Shown here piece by piece: positions 28,201 through 40,473 of a DNA stretch of 64,000 nt (position 1 is its first letter; each line of letters starts with the position of its first letter). The DNA comes from Botryllus schlosseri (Eukaryota), in contig CM119384.1 in the NCBI GenBank assembly GCA_051294905.1, positions 5,642,001-5,706,000 of the forward strand, read 5' to 3'. Under the pieces are notes generated by a model. That model worked only from the letters and a program-made list of their open reading frames with translations, made no database searches and had not been told where the DNA came from. Both the position numbers and the translations under genes were made by a program.

Positions 28201-31200
28201 CTCATTGATTTTTACACCGGATAAAGGGTACGAAGCAAAAAGCAAAATTCATGTTAATTTCACCACCGATACACCGAGCTATTCAGTCATGACAGAAAAA
28301 GTAGCCTTCAGATTCACTTCATACCTCTGAAACAAGCAAACCGGGATGGATAATATTGCGGGCTGCACCGTACATTTCCATTACTTATCCTTACAATCAA
28401 TTCTGTTCAGGGCCCAAATCCGAACGCAAAGGTGGTGAAATACATGAAAGACAACTATCCCCCGGATTTCACTTATGGCGATTTCGCATCCCAGTTCAAA
28501 GCCGAACTTTACGATCCAGATTACTGGGCAGATTTGATACAAGGTAAGCTTACCACTGCACTGACATACTTACACTACAGTGGAAACGGGCAATAATATC
28601 TGCCACTGTAGAAAATATTTTCTAGCATTGGGTTGACAGCTGGCCACACCACTACTGTTATTGGCATTAGCCTAATGAGAATATGGGTTTCTAACATACA
28701 TTACGAATTTAAGAGTCTGGAGCAAAGTACGTTGTCCTGACCACAAAGCATCACGAAGGCTTCACCAACTGGGGTTCGAAACATTCATGGAACTGGAACG
28801 CAGTCGATGTGGGGCCACACAAAGATCTTGTTGGCATGCTCGCCAATTCTATTCGAAACAGGACAGACGTTCACTTTGGTGTATACCACTCGCTTTTTGA
28901 ATGGTTCAACCCCCTATACCTCAAGTTAGTATGCATATTCGGACATGTAGTTGAGGCTTAAGTTGATTTTTATAATGTAAAGCGACACTGAATAACACTC
29001 GTTTAACCGCTATAAAATAGAAAACAATTGGATAATATATTCATATTGGAATTTGGCTGACACTTTCATGGTATAGTCAACAACTAGGAGATATTGAATT
29101 GAATTGTGTCTTTTCAATTCTGACAATTACCCATGACGAAAATATTTGAATCTATTTCAATATGAACATAGTATTCAATTGCATATCAGTACTGTATCTT
29201 CAAATACAAACTAGTAGCAAATTGATTTTCAAACAATTCTCACAGACGATTTCCAATTTCAGAGACGATACCAACAACTTCACGACTAGAGAATTCGTCG
29301 TGGACAAAACAATGCCGGAGCTTTACGAGTTGGTGAACAACTACAAGCCAGATGTCATATGGTCGGACGGCGCCAACGGACCTGATTCGTACTGGCAAGC
29401 GCCAGAGTTCATCGCATGGCTCTACAATGACAGTCCTGTTAAGGTTAGATTCTACGGTGCACAGAGATGGCAACAACGCAAAATCTTGAAATTTTCACAA
29501 TCAGGACACCATCGTAGTGAACGACAGATGGAGCTTAACCACGTCGTGCAAGCACGGTGATTTCTGGAATTGCGCCGATCGCTACCACCCGTCGTCCGTT
29601 CAGAATCACAAATGGGAAAACTGCATGACCATCGACAAGTATTCATGGGGATTTAGACGAGAGGCGGTCATCGCTGACTACCTCACAATGCACGAGATCT
29701 TACAGGTTGGCGAACAAAGAAGTTATTTTTCAATAACATGATTTACAAAGAGACAAGACTCAAAAATGCCTATTCATCGACAATTAATGTGTTCAGCTGT
29801 GAAAGTTACAGTCACATTACATTGATAGATATTTGGTCAGCTGTAAGTAGAAATTGGTTAACATACTCTGAACCACACATGACATTTGGCAATTACAGGG
29901 ATCGAAAGTCTTGGCATTTTGAGAATAGATGATACATATATTACACGTTTCATTCACAACACATCGCACGCAAATTGAAATATAAAAAATCTGGCTATCG
30001 CGATATCAAATACTAGCATTATGACCCATTAGTCCTCCGATCGATTTGTTAAAATTATTATTGCAATTGCAGCCTTCCTAACCAACCATTACTACGTTTA
30101 GACCATGATAAGCACCGTCGCGTACGGGGGCAATCTGCTGATGAACATGGGACCTTGTCACGACGGAACAATCATGGGCATTTTCCAAGAACGACTCAAG
30201 CAAACCGGCGCGTGGATGAAAGTAAACGGACAGGCGATCTACGGCACGGCACCGTGGGACAAGGCGCAAAACGACACGGTCAACCCGTCCGTTTGGTACA
30301 CTACGAAAGACGGCTCGGTCTACGCTCTATTTGTGGAATGGCCCGCGGACAACGTCTTGGTTTTGGGAGCGCCGACGCCTTCAAGTTCGGCCTCGAAAGT
30401 GACCATGCTCGGAGTGCAGCAAAGCTTGACGTTTGGGCCAGGAAAACCGACGGGGATCAGAGTCACGCTGCCCAGTCTCAACACAAAGCAAATGCCTTGC
30501 GAATGGGCCTGGACCTTGAAGCTGGACGGATTTCAATGATTTCAAATGTTACCTATTTCAGTTATCGAACGATGCAAAAATGAAATGAAATCTACTAAAT
30601 CGAACCATTGCTGAACAATACGGATGCAGTTTTGATATACGCCTCGTGCGACTAAGCTGTGAATGAACATTGCAGTCATGCCATTGTCACCCTTTTTGAT
30701 AGGCTATGCAATAAATTGATGATATTGAAATCGATTTTGTTGAGTCAAGATCGCAGTTAGCGAGAGAAAAATGATTCAAATGCGGAATTCAAATTTTACA
30801 TGACACAAAACTATCGACTGGATGCAGTACGCGAAATGCAGTTCATGAAAGAATTGTTATATACAATGGATATGATTATTATATAGCTACAGCAGGCGCG
30901 TAGCCAGCCGAAAAATAAGGGGGGGGTTTGAAATAAAAGGGGGGGTTTCGATTTTTTTTCGAATTTAGTAATGTAGCATCAATTCATTAGGGCTAAGTAC
31001 ATGCGATGCGTAAATAACAGTTATACGCAGGCCGTGTTATTTTTGGCATTTCAGGAGCCAGATGCCAAAACTGCCAAAAATAAAAATTTGAAAATGCCAA
31101 AAATAAGCAATTTTTGGCATATGCCAAAAATAACACGGCCTGCCAAATAGTGCATTTCGTTCATGGTGTTGTGTTAAAAGGACCGTTTTACAAGCGAGAA

Positions 31201-34200
31201 GAGCGTTTGTGAAAGGCAGGTTTCTTAATCTGGGTCCAGACCACCCATTAGGGGTGAAAGCATGACGTCCTAAATGGTGTGGGTACAGCGAGATTGAACG
31301 GTTGACTGCATTTGGTTTACGTCATACTTTCCATTTGTCCAAAGGCAATTTTACGACCACTTTTGACCGGCTTGTCGAGCGCTAAATTTGATGAAACGGG
31401 TATCAACGAGAAGCTGCCGCAATACTGATTATTAAAATATAAATTATATTCTGCTCATGGAACTGGAACCCCCAAAATCAACCACGATTTTTGCATCGCA
31501 ATCGAGTTGAACATGGTGACGCAATAAACTGTCTGGCTATTTCTGAGCTGCATAGTCTCGTTTTGCCAGACAGCCTTGTTGCGTCAATGTTCTTAAACAA
31601 TCTAACTTTCCCAGGACTCTTCCATGCGAGTTGGTAATATTAAAGCCACCTGAAGTGACAAAAGTCCTCCGAAAATATATCGGTAGACTGAAGGAGAAAT
31701 GATAGTCGGGCTACTAAACAAAATGTGTTAAGAAACAACACAGGAAACTCCTGGAAAAGGATCGGGAAGAATATTCTTTCCGCGATGAGATCGATGGCAC
31801 TGGCGTAGCGATCTCTTTTCATGATGCATGGAAGCCGGTTCGGCCCTCCAAAGATTTTGAAGCTCTGAAAACTTCTTGTGGATGACTGGCAACATTCTTT
31901 CCCTCAGCGGCTACTGTTGAAGCCGATATTTATCAGATTCGCTGGGCGAGAAATGAATTTAGGAGAAACTTAGCTGACATGAGTTTGGAAGCACTGTTAC
32001 AGTGCAAACGATTTAAGTCTATTCAACAGCTGTAATAATCAGCTGTTGAGCGTGTTTGTTAGGCTTTTCTTTCTTTTTTTTTTGCTCATTGGCACCGATT
32101 CCGGTGGATACTGCACATTTTGTGGTTTTGTTTGATATTATTACCTTATGAAATTGTTAGGTTTTTTCTTCTTCTTATTGTTCGTTGGCACTAATTATAC
32201 GTGGATGCCGCACATTTTGTGGTGTCTTTTGACAAACTAGCCCAAATAAAGCGTTTTTGTGATTAATTCGAGGCTGAAACCATCTATTTAGAGGACGATG
32301 CCAAAACTGCCAAAAATAAAAATCGAAAAATGCCAAAAATAAGTTATTTTTGGCAGTTTTGGCATATGCCAAAAATAACACGGCCTGGTTATACGGCATC
32401 CCCGTGTTGGCGATTATAGGCGTATGATAAGCTTGTCGACGAGTCCGGAAGTGCTGTTAATTAGCGACTCCCTGGTCTGTCTGAACAATGAAATACGCAC
32501 GCGTCGAACATTTGAATACGCGCGCTCACCAACGCGTCCAACAATTAAATATGCGCGCTTATCAACGCGTCCAACAATTAAATACGCCGGCTTATCAATG
32601 CGTCGTGCGTCTTACGTAGCCTCGGCGACGATTTGCGCATGTCAAAATGTACGAGTTTTTATGGAATATGTGCTATAATGACGCCGATTTCAGGTGGTTC
32701 AAACCTTACCTCTTTTATAACTCAAGCCTACTGGACTATAATTCAAGACTAGTGCAAATCAATTACGCATGTACGCACGACGTGTCGCGCATGATTGCGG
32801 ACATTCGATGTCATTCGGTTACGAGATGTCACTCTTTAATCACAATCGCTAATCAGCATATACTTAATAGCATTTTATCCAAGCCATCGAGAAATCATGG
32901 TAGGCCCAAGACGCGGTAGTTAGACTAGCGATATATTTAGTGCTAGGCCTATTGCAGATGCGATTGTGTAGGCCAGCGAAGATATCGTGCGCTCCAAGCC
33001 AATGCAGATGTGATTGTGTAGGCCAGCGACGATATCGTGCGCACAAGGCCTATTGCAGATGCGATTATTCAAGCCAGCGGAATTAGGCTTGTTGGAGAGA
33101 CGCGGTAAATCAGGCTAGCAACGATTGCGGAACGCGCGACAATGAGTGACCTGATTTCGCAATTATCTCAGCGGGAGATCGTGTCGCGTTACATTGTGCG
33201 CTAATTGGCAACACGCCTTTCGTTAATTGGCCGCGCGCAATACTGATAATACGACTTATTGAATTGCAATCGAGTATTAGCGTAAGAGCGCTCATTTGAA
33301 AAGGTTGGGGTTTCGCGTTAAAGGAGGGGGTTTCACGTTTCTAAAGGAGGGGGTTTCGACCCCCGAAATCCCCCCCTGGCTACGCGCCTGAGCTACAGTA
33401 ATTATGAGAGAGATTAAGCTGAAGCTGTGATGATGAGTGTTGGATCTATTGCATATTGTATACTTTGAAATAACACCGTGAACAGTCAATATAACATAAT
33501 ACAATGAGTACTTGAAAGGACTTGTCCAATTTTGTAATCAATATAAATATTTAAATAAAAATAAAAATACAACAAATGATGATTGAGGACATTGAGGCAC
33601 ATAATTAGTATTGACTAGGGAGTAAATATGTTAGCATTGTATATTATAAGTGCAGTATCTGGAAAAATAAGCTGTAGTAGTAGGAGTATTGGAGTAATTG
33701 AAGGTAATGCAACAATAGGTAACACATTGCCGATAAGCAACCTCCCTGACTAGCGTTCAAGCAGAAAAACGACTTCCATCTTCGACTGGTGTTAATCACC
33801 AAAACATACCTCAAAATGTTTGTGATCCAAAAGCCAAAATCCTTGCGTAAGCTTGACGAGACCAGTAGGGACATTGAAACTTTGCAAATAGCCCATAACC
33901 TTCTCCAAACGATTCTGACAAAGAGTTTTTTCGGGCGTACTGTCCTATAAACAGAATATGCATGCATGATGTCGATGTCTTGCCGTGTATCGTTCAACAT
34001 GTTTACCTCGCTTTGCAGAGTAGTGAGCATAGCGACAAGATCGTTGAGAAGATACATAACGAGACAATGCTTTGTCGTGATGTCGACACAATCCAGGTAA
34101 TAAGTATCCAGCAGAGTCTACATAAAAGTGGCACTGATTAGTACGCTGCGGCAAAATAAGGGTAGCATTTAAACTGAAAGCATATTTTCCTATTTACCGG

Positions 34201-37200
34201 AATTGAATAAGAAGTATACACTAAATGGTAGATGACCTCATGACGAAACAGTAAGCATCAATAAGTCGATTTCATTAAACCGCACATGAAAATTCGGCAG
34301 CTTTTTAGATCGAATCGACTTTGGTAAAACTACACAAGCCAAATTCAAATAAGCTCTCATTACAACAGAGACACACACTCATACTTCGGAGACATACCAT
34401 GATGTTAGGTGGTGGGTAATTAGGTTTCCCGTCATCGGACTTCTCCCATCTGGACGTTAAAGGCTCTCCGATGGCCTCAATCCATCCGTCGATAAGCAAT
34501 AAATCCGGGCATTCCAGCCTACAGAGCACATGAAATCCCATTGAATTCAGGCCGGTAAACGACGGTAAGCAGATTACCTTTTGAGTTCATTGCGCCGTTG
34601 ATCAAACACTTGTCTCAAGCGAGTATATTTATAAATAAAAATCCCGTTAGGCGTCATTGCGTCATCTTCGTTTTCCGCACCTTCGAGTTGTTCCGGCAGG
34701 AAGCCATTGCTAATGAACCACTGCACTGCCTGAAAATGAATTAATCATGAAATTATGATCAATAACAAATTTGCGTTAAATTCAGACGGTTTTTGATCAG
34801 TGGTAATATTAAGAACCCACTTGATTTATGCAGCTTGTGCGCATTGTCATTATTGAATATAAGTTACAGGAAAATCTGAGATTTAAAAATCAATTTTTCA
34901 ATAAAAAAATGATCCTCATCCCAATCAGATCCACTCCAACATTACTTCCTTTACAAAATCTCAATAGACCACACATAGAGAGAATCAAAGTTAATGATGA
35001 CTCAGCTAAATAACAACACATTCGATCCTTACCGCCACATATTACAATGTCTCATTCGTTTCACCAGCTTATAACAGAACTCAAATAAATGCTACTTTCA
35101 GAGAAATATATAAAAGTCATGGGATAAATTTGTCAGACATCATTTGATAACGCTCACTTTAAGGTATTGATAAATCAATGTAGTAACGCTCAGCTTTGTG
35201 TTGAGTTCTTCTTTGCTCTTTTCCGTCGCGTTTTCAGTGTATTCCAGCATTTTCTGGAAAAGTAATCGTGCAAGACATCCGCCAAAGTGTTAAAAATTTC
35301 ACAAAAAAAAATTATAACGGTTTTATAATGCCTACCTGAAACACAATCCGTAAATGATACATGAGAGTCGTGTTGAACCAGAGTTGATTCTTTATATGTA
35401 CATCAAGAATCGCAGTTGAACAGTCAAAAATAGGAATACCTTGAAAAATAGCATAATTATACAGATTTACGCAATTTTTTCACAGCGGGAATTATAAACA
35501 ACGCCATGGACTTAAAAATACCATACTTCAGTATAGTAACTGACAGCAATGTTCCACAAGACTTATGCTAAACACTATCACTAATGTACATTTCATATTT
35601 AGTTGCAGACAGGAATGGAACAGCAAAAAACTTACTCAAATCGTCAATTGCACTTTTAATATGGGCAACGCTTTTCCACGCCCACTCCATTACAAATTTT
35701 ATAGTGCAGCCGCAAGCTACCAGATGTCCTGTAGCCAGCTCCTTGATAACAGTCAGTAGGAAAGAAATTTGACCATGCTCCAACGCTGAAAGCAATAAAC
35801 ATTCGTAGTTCCAATTCCAGATTGGTAAATATACAGCTATACAGCTTGACTACCACAACAAATATAGTTGTGAAAGCCAACTGAATAGCTAAGCCGAGTA
35901 TTTACTGGCCTAACCTAAAGGATCGAGCATGGGAAAGAAATCCTTCAGAGAATCCCAAAATAAACCAGGAGCTCTGCCCTTGGTTCACTTGCTTCAGATC
36001 CCCAGTAAGTATCTAAATTTAGAGTGGCCAACCTATTGAAAACATACCTGCTGTGAACATGTTCTCTCTCATCATATCCGGCGAGAGAGCTTGGTTCCGT
36101 TTCAGAGTCGTGAAAAGGCCCGACAATTGCAATTCGTCGTGAATTTCTTGCGGGCTGACCAGACACATTGAATTCGCAGAACGCATGGCGTTCAAAACCT
36201 GAGAATGCCAATGAAAACATATGCCATATGTCATTTTGTAAACGCTGCATGAAACATGAATTTTCTTCCTGACAGCTTCAATATCGAGGGCTACCATTTT
36301 AATACAAATTGTGCCTTCAGTTATATTTCAACTCGAATACCAGTTCAATTTAATTTATTGCGAACAATTTCATCATTTCAATACACCACAAGATTGCGAT
36401 ACAATGAAAGATAGGAAGGTGTCGAACGACTTGGATTAGTCTTCGAAATTAGACACCCTCCTGGCCCAGGCGATGTAAAAAGGAGGCATGCACACTGAAT
36501 GAAAAGTAAAAGAAGATAATATAAAAGGACAGGCGACAAAAAGAGGTTGCAGGCGAGATAGATATGACAGGTCATGGTCCGGTAAACTAGAGGGCTGACT
36601 AGTATTGATATAGTAGAAATTGTTTGTATTTCGATTATGCTTGAAGACTGTCGGTTAGCCTATGAGATACTGTTCCACACCGCAGGTCCGGCACATTTGA
36701 TAGAGCGATAATATTTTATGTAACTGTTAAGTGGAAGAAAAAAATGAATATCTGAAAAGTACTCAAATATAAGTAGTTTCAAAAACTAGATTTAATCGAG
36801 CGCCCGCATACTTAAGCAGTTGATCGGAGGTCACTACTTTAAAAATGGCAGGGTTTATTTTTGCGACAAAAGCAAAATGATCAATGACACTGCAAATAGG
36901 TGCATTTTCCCAAAATGTATCCAGCAACGGGGGTACAGGGGCTATTTTGCTCAGTTGGTGTGATAAGGCGATGCAAACATGCCCCATACTTTTCGAAAGG
37001 TTTAGTTTGGTAAACTTTAGTATCCCAAAATACTATAGAGCGGAAGCAGTCCAAAGACATACCGGTAACCACTTGATTGAGTACTGCAAAGGGTACTCGG
37101 AAAATGTAGAAGTAATTCACTACTGACCACAGCTGAAAAAATTATGCAAGGCAGCAGGGGCGTAGACAGGGGGGTAGAATTGAAGAACGTTCTACCCCCT

Positions 37201-40122
37201 TCCAGGCTCGATTCTATCCCGAAAATCCCAAGTCAACGCTACTGCTATAACAACATTTCTTCACGTTATCGCCTAATTTCAATTTGCTGCGCGCGACGCC
37301 GATCGCCTACGCTGATTACATGCCTTTTTCTCGTGGATCTCTCGTCTATGGAAGCTCGTCTATGCAAGCGTGAAAGGGGCATTGTTACAATGTTACATTT
37401 TTCTCTTGGCGAGGGTTAGCAATCAGCTTAATCCCTTTATTCTGAATGCAGTCGTCGAGCAATAATAACATTTGTCGCGTCGTTCACGCGTTGTTTTCTC
37501 ATCAACAGTTCATTGTAAACGATAACGAACATTAATAACATGAAAATAACAACTTATAACTGAATGAAATCATGTTTTAAAGCAATCGCATCTGATTCGT
37601 GCTTTGCCGAACTCAAGCCTGTTCCCCAAAACAGCGTGAAGACACAATACATTCGATTCGCATTTTATTTTTGACGCCATTGTTGTGCACTGTCTTGACC
37701 TCAATGACCATCTATACGTCACACTAGATAATGCCTCACTAGATAATGCCTTTCGTGATCGGTATCCCACCGGGACGCATTCAGCCTTCAATAGCCGCGC
37801 CGAAACTTGTTTGAGATTCCCTCGCTTTGCGAATAAGTCACTATTCACACGCCGGTACAATTAGTATATGCGCCATGTTCGAAATGAATGGAATTAAAAC
37901 GCCGAGAAGACGTTACTCTTACACGCGAATTGAATCATGTCAAAATTTATGAAGATATAACAGATTCTGCGCTGTATAGATTGTTCGTCGTGAAATGTTG
38001 TTCTGGTATTGTTTCAAGGTCGATTACTTATTTGAATACAAATAATATCTCCTGCACTGTCACGGGATGAGCGCGTGCGCATCGTAACATGATCCCCGTG
38101 CAAGTTGTTGATTGCTAACAAGGATCCCGTGCAAGCTGTTGATTGCTAACTCGCTTTCAGTAATTAGATCCGCCAATTAGTTACGCTTTCAAAAGCGTAC
38201 GGAATACAGAAGTCGCTATCGCTAAAGGTATGACGCATAGAGGCTCATTCTGCCCCCTTTATTCAGTTCTACCCCCTTTTTAGCTCGGCTGGCTACGCCC
38301 CTGCAAGGCAGCATCAAGAATCCCAATATATTTCAGAGAGGCCACGAGTGTTTCATGCGCTTTTATGTAGAAGGGAATGGAATCGTGAACTTACTTGTCG
38401 CTGATGTCCATTCATAGAACTGGAATAAAACATTCGCTCCGTGAGACAGTCGAGCGTGAAACTGCACGCTGACGGGAAGATGAACTTTTCCGGCAAAGGC
38501 TTCCTTCCAGATGAGAACGGCCGAATCTTGCCGGCAGCAACAGACATACACTAAAACGACACGCAGCAGTGCTGATGTTGTCAATATGATTACTTGCAAC
38601 ATAAATACAAGCAAAAATTTCAACACAGGCTATTACTACTCCAGGGTACAGAAGTATAAAATGTGCCGTTTGCATTGAGAAGTGCTGTAAACGTGTCAAA
38701 TAGTATCATGAAATATGCAGTTCAGAACTATCAGGCACAAGTGACAAGTCATCCTCTGATACGATGATCTATTGTGGGTATTTAAAAAATTCGAAACTCG
38801 TTGCTGATTGAGGAACTTGAAAATCGTAAAATTCGGTTTTTCGACTGTGGCAATTACCCTGAGCACTTACGAAAAACATATGAAGTTTATAGGAACGTTT
38901 ACAATACTATTGAATCAGGCAGTGACCGGTGGAATAACTTTTCTCTCATATAGACCAGTGGCTCTTAAACAGGGGCTCACGGACCCCATGGAGGTACGAA
39001 GCACCAAATTAGGGGGTGCGAGATGCAGTGTGCAAATACACGCCATTTAATTACCTATATTATTTTGCAAATTAACATGAGGCGAATATTATTGGCCGGA
39101 TTTCTTCAACTCGAAAATTATATTCCAAGAGCATTCTTGCTTTAAATTTGGGTATGTCATTCCTCCGATAAAATAATAGTAGACTTACAATGAGAAACGC
39201 AACACAAGTTACAGAAATGAGTCTACACTTTTTCGCAATTATCAGAGAATGGTGCCATAAGGCTGTTAGGTTTCTTTAGTCCAGGGGCGTCAAAACTGCT
39301 GGGGAGGGACTGTCACACTCCCACATTAGGGCGTTGGCCGAACTTCCGCCCCAGAACACGCCAAGACCTGTGACATTTCGGTGCACCGCCGGCAGCAATC
39401 AACATTTGGAGCCTAAAATCACAGCACATCGGCGAAACCTTTGATAATAAAATCTTCACTCATTGAAATCCACACAAGTGTAGTTGAACTTAATTATGGG
39501 GGCGAGGGGGCCCAATACCAGCCTTTGGAGTGGCTTGACAAATTGCTGTTTTCATCCTGGATAGGGGGTACGAGGAACATTCCATGACAACTTAAGGGGT
39601 ACGAGCGCTAAAAAGTTTATGAAACACTGATATAGACTTACCAATACTTCGTTTCCGTTTGTTTCCGTTACTGCATCGTTATCGAAAGACCAGTATCCTA
39701 TGTAGAGATAATCGTCTTCATTGCCACTGGAAATACCGAAAGTTGTAATTCAACACCTTGGCGAATTTACGGAAATTGTTTACCATAAACGATGTGGCAT
39801 CTGTGCCATGTACCATCGATTGATGTCAAACACCAGAGTGTGAAGTTGTGACGTACATCCGTCTGCAAAGTAAAGTCATTCCTGTTGAATTCAGATTGCA
39901 CCATCAACTGATTTGTATAAAACAAAACAATTATAATTATACATCTCACCCGCAACCGCAACATCATGTTGCTTGTGAAATACATGCATAGTATATAGTT
40001 TGGATAACGGACTTCATCTAGTTTTGTGACTTGAGAGGATGGTCCCAGAATTATTCAGAACCACAATCACCTGTGTACAAGACGCAGCTATGTACAGAAT
40101 GCATTTTGATTTGGACACTTTT
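7299..40122 (-). CDS. AHCTF1: Protein ELYS (AT-hook-containing transcription factor 1), multi-exon; gene continues to higher coordinates
   Basis: Reconstructed exons give ELYS hallmark segments: [14 protein letters not shown] (39784-39862), [135 protein letters not shown]. These are followed by an acidic region and the AT-hook RRGRPP. Last exon 7388-7299 reads TPTMTARSS...TDQKK*. Splice phases agree at the junctions checked. Confidence 0.92.
7896..8158 (+). mobile_element. Internally deleted GACTCGAGTC-family MITE
   Basis: Degenerate left TIR catagttgtaa and right TIR ttacaaccctg. Flanks ggatatag / gaatatat match 6/8. Related motifs also occur at 7745-7830. Confidence 0.8.
8681..8792 (-). 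CDS. AHCTF1: ELYS exon encoding the AT-hook
   Basis: [37 protein letters not shown] followed by donor gtttgc. RGRP core lies within 8732-8749. Confidence 0.8.
11470..13180. mobile_element. Non-autonomous hAT element, caggggcgtagcc family (1.7 kb)
   Basis: TIRs caggggcgtagcc / ggctacgcccctg. Perfect TSD ccggtgat at 11462-11469 and 13181-13188. CpG-rich interior with no convincing ORF. Confidence 0.92.
14931..15366 (+). mobile_element. GACTCGAGTC-family MITE
   Basis: cagggttgtaatgactcgagtca ... ttacaaccatg. Flanks tgtgcgat / tgtgggac match 6/8. Confidence 0.85.
15426..16494 (-). CDS. AHCTF1: Large acidic low-complexity ELYS exon
   Basis: 360-aa Asp/Glu-rich ORF bounded by acceptor ttttgcag| and donor |gtttgt. 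It lies between the ELYS-domain exons and the AT-hook exon. Confidence 0.85.
17954..18857 (+). mobile_element. hAT-type MITE (tagggatggtgtgaac family)
   Basis: TIRs tagggatggtgtgaac / gttcacatcattccta. Perfect TSD gtatgtat at 17946-17953 and 18858-18865. Subterminal gttcac/gtgaac arrays. Confidence 0.92.
19468..19809. mobile_element. hAT-Charlie-type MITE
   Basis: TIRs cagtggttcccaac / gttgggaaccactg. Perfect TSD atctagat, the NTCTAGAN target typical of Charlie elements. Confidence 0.93.
23341..23824 (-). mobile_element. Truncated GACTCGAGTC-family MITE in reverse orientation
   Basis: Reverse-complement match to 1803-2346. One end, ttacaacactg, is at 23824; the other end is missing. Confidence 0.8.
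23880..26522 (-). CDS. AHCTF1: ELYS-domain exons 26522-26332, 25044-24900, 24332-24198, 24030-23880
   Basis: Exon lengths 191, 145, 135 and 151 nt splice in frame: EALNILLDP...[11 protein letters not shown]...[14 protein letters not shown]...[15 protein letters not shown].../RDQSEESRR...[10 protein letters not shown]. Confidence 0.92.
25153..26151 (-). mobile_element. Second tagggatggtgtgaac-family MITE, inverted relative to 17954-18857
   Basis: TIRs tagggatggtgtgaac / gttcacaccatcccta. Perfect TSD attgaaag at 25145-25152 and 26152-26159. Interior is the reverse complement of the first copy. Confidence 0.93.
27534..30539 (+). CDS. FUCA: Alpha-L-fucosidase (GH29) paralog B, complete, 6 exons, 469 aa, secreted/lysosomal
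   Basis: Exons 27534-27779, 28411-28543, 28714-28924, 29263-29443, 29505-29705, 30102-30539 total 1410 nt and are open. Signal peptide [19 protein letters not shown]. Motifs [36 protein letters not shown] (catalytic nucleophile) and KWENCMTID. Confidence 0.96.
31028..32387 (+). mobile_element. Nested hAT derivative with two right ends and a transposase remnant
   Basis: Left TIR caggccgtgttatttttggca. Right TIR tgccaaaaataacacggcctg ends at both 31142 and 32387. Perfect TSD gttatacg at 31020-31027 and 32388-32395. Confidence 0.9.
31610..32035 (+). pseudogene. Decayed C-terminal part of a hAT-like transposase
   Basis: Single frame with internal stops: [13 protein letters not shown]...[72 protein letters not shown]. 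This resembles the hAT dimerisation region. Confidence 0.7.
33810..39862 (-). CDS. AHCTF1: Central ELYS exons (including 39862-39784, 34117-34007, 33914-33810 and exons at ~39640-39728, ~38400-38550, ~36049-36199, ~35630-35785, ~35335-35430, ~35158-35259, ~34577-34728, ~34398-34510)
   Basis: Consecutive in-phase segments correspond to the ELYS propeller end and helical domain: [74 protein letters not shown]. Confidence 0.88.
37155..38303. mobile_element. Non-autonomous hAT element, caggggcgtagcc family (1.15 kb)
   Basis: TIRs caggggcgtagac / ggctacgcccctg. Perfect TSD caaggcag at 37147-37154 and 38304-38311. Confidence 0.92.
38956..39629. mobile_element. hAT-Charlie-like MITE
   Basis: Degenerate TIRs cagtggctcttaaac / gtttatgaaacactg. 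Perfect TSD atatagac at 38948-38955 and 39630-39637. Confidence 0.85.
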
Positions 40123-40473
40123 CTGCAGATTCAGTACTACTGATTTACAGCATTGCCAATATTTAAAATAATCACATTAGTAATAGTGAATAAGAAAACA
40201 AGATATTGAAATTTAACAATGGAGATGGATCTATATATTTCAGCTGAACAAAATCTATAGGAAGAGGAGTAATGAAAACAACCAATCACAATACAGTATA
40301 TCTGAAATTGGTCGCTGTGTATATCGTTTACCACCAGACCTGAGAGAAGACAATAGTAGGGCAACAGACAAAAGAAAGACAATTGTACAATGTACGTACA
40401 TACGGTCCATAACTTTCAGATTTTGTGCAACTCGTAGCAGTGCCTTGCGTGTGTTGAACACACGGATACCATC

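Larger units (their letters stand above)
30893..33390. mobile_element. Non-autonomous hAT element (caggcgcgtagcc variant) carrying a nested element
   Basis: TIRs caggcgcgtagcc / ggctacgcgcctg. Perfect TSD agctacag at 30885-30892 and 33391-33398. Internal minisatellites at ~32500-32600 (~33 bp unit) and ~32945-33075 (~51 bp unit). Confidence 0.92.
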
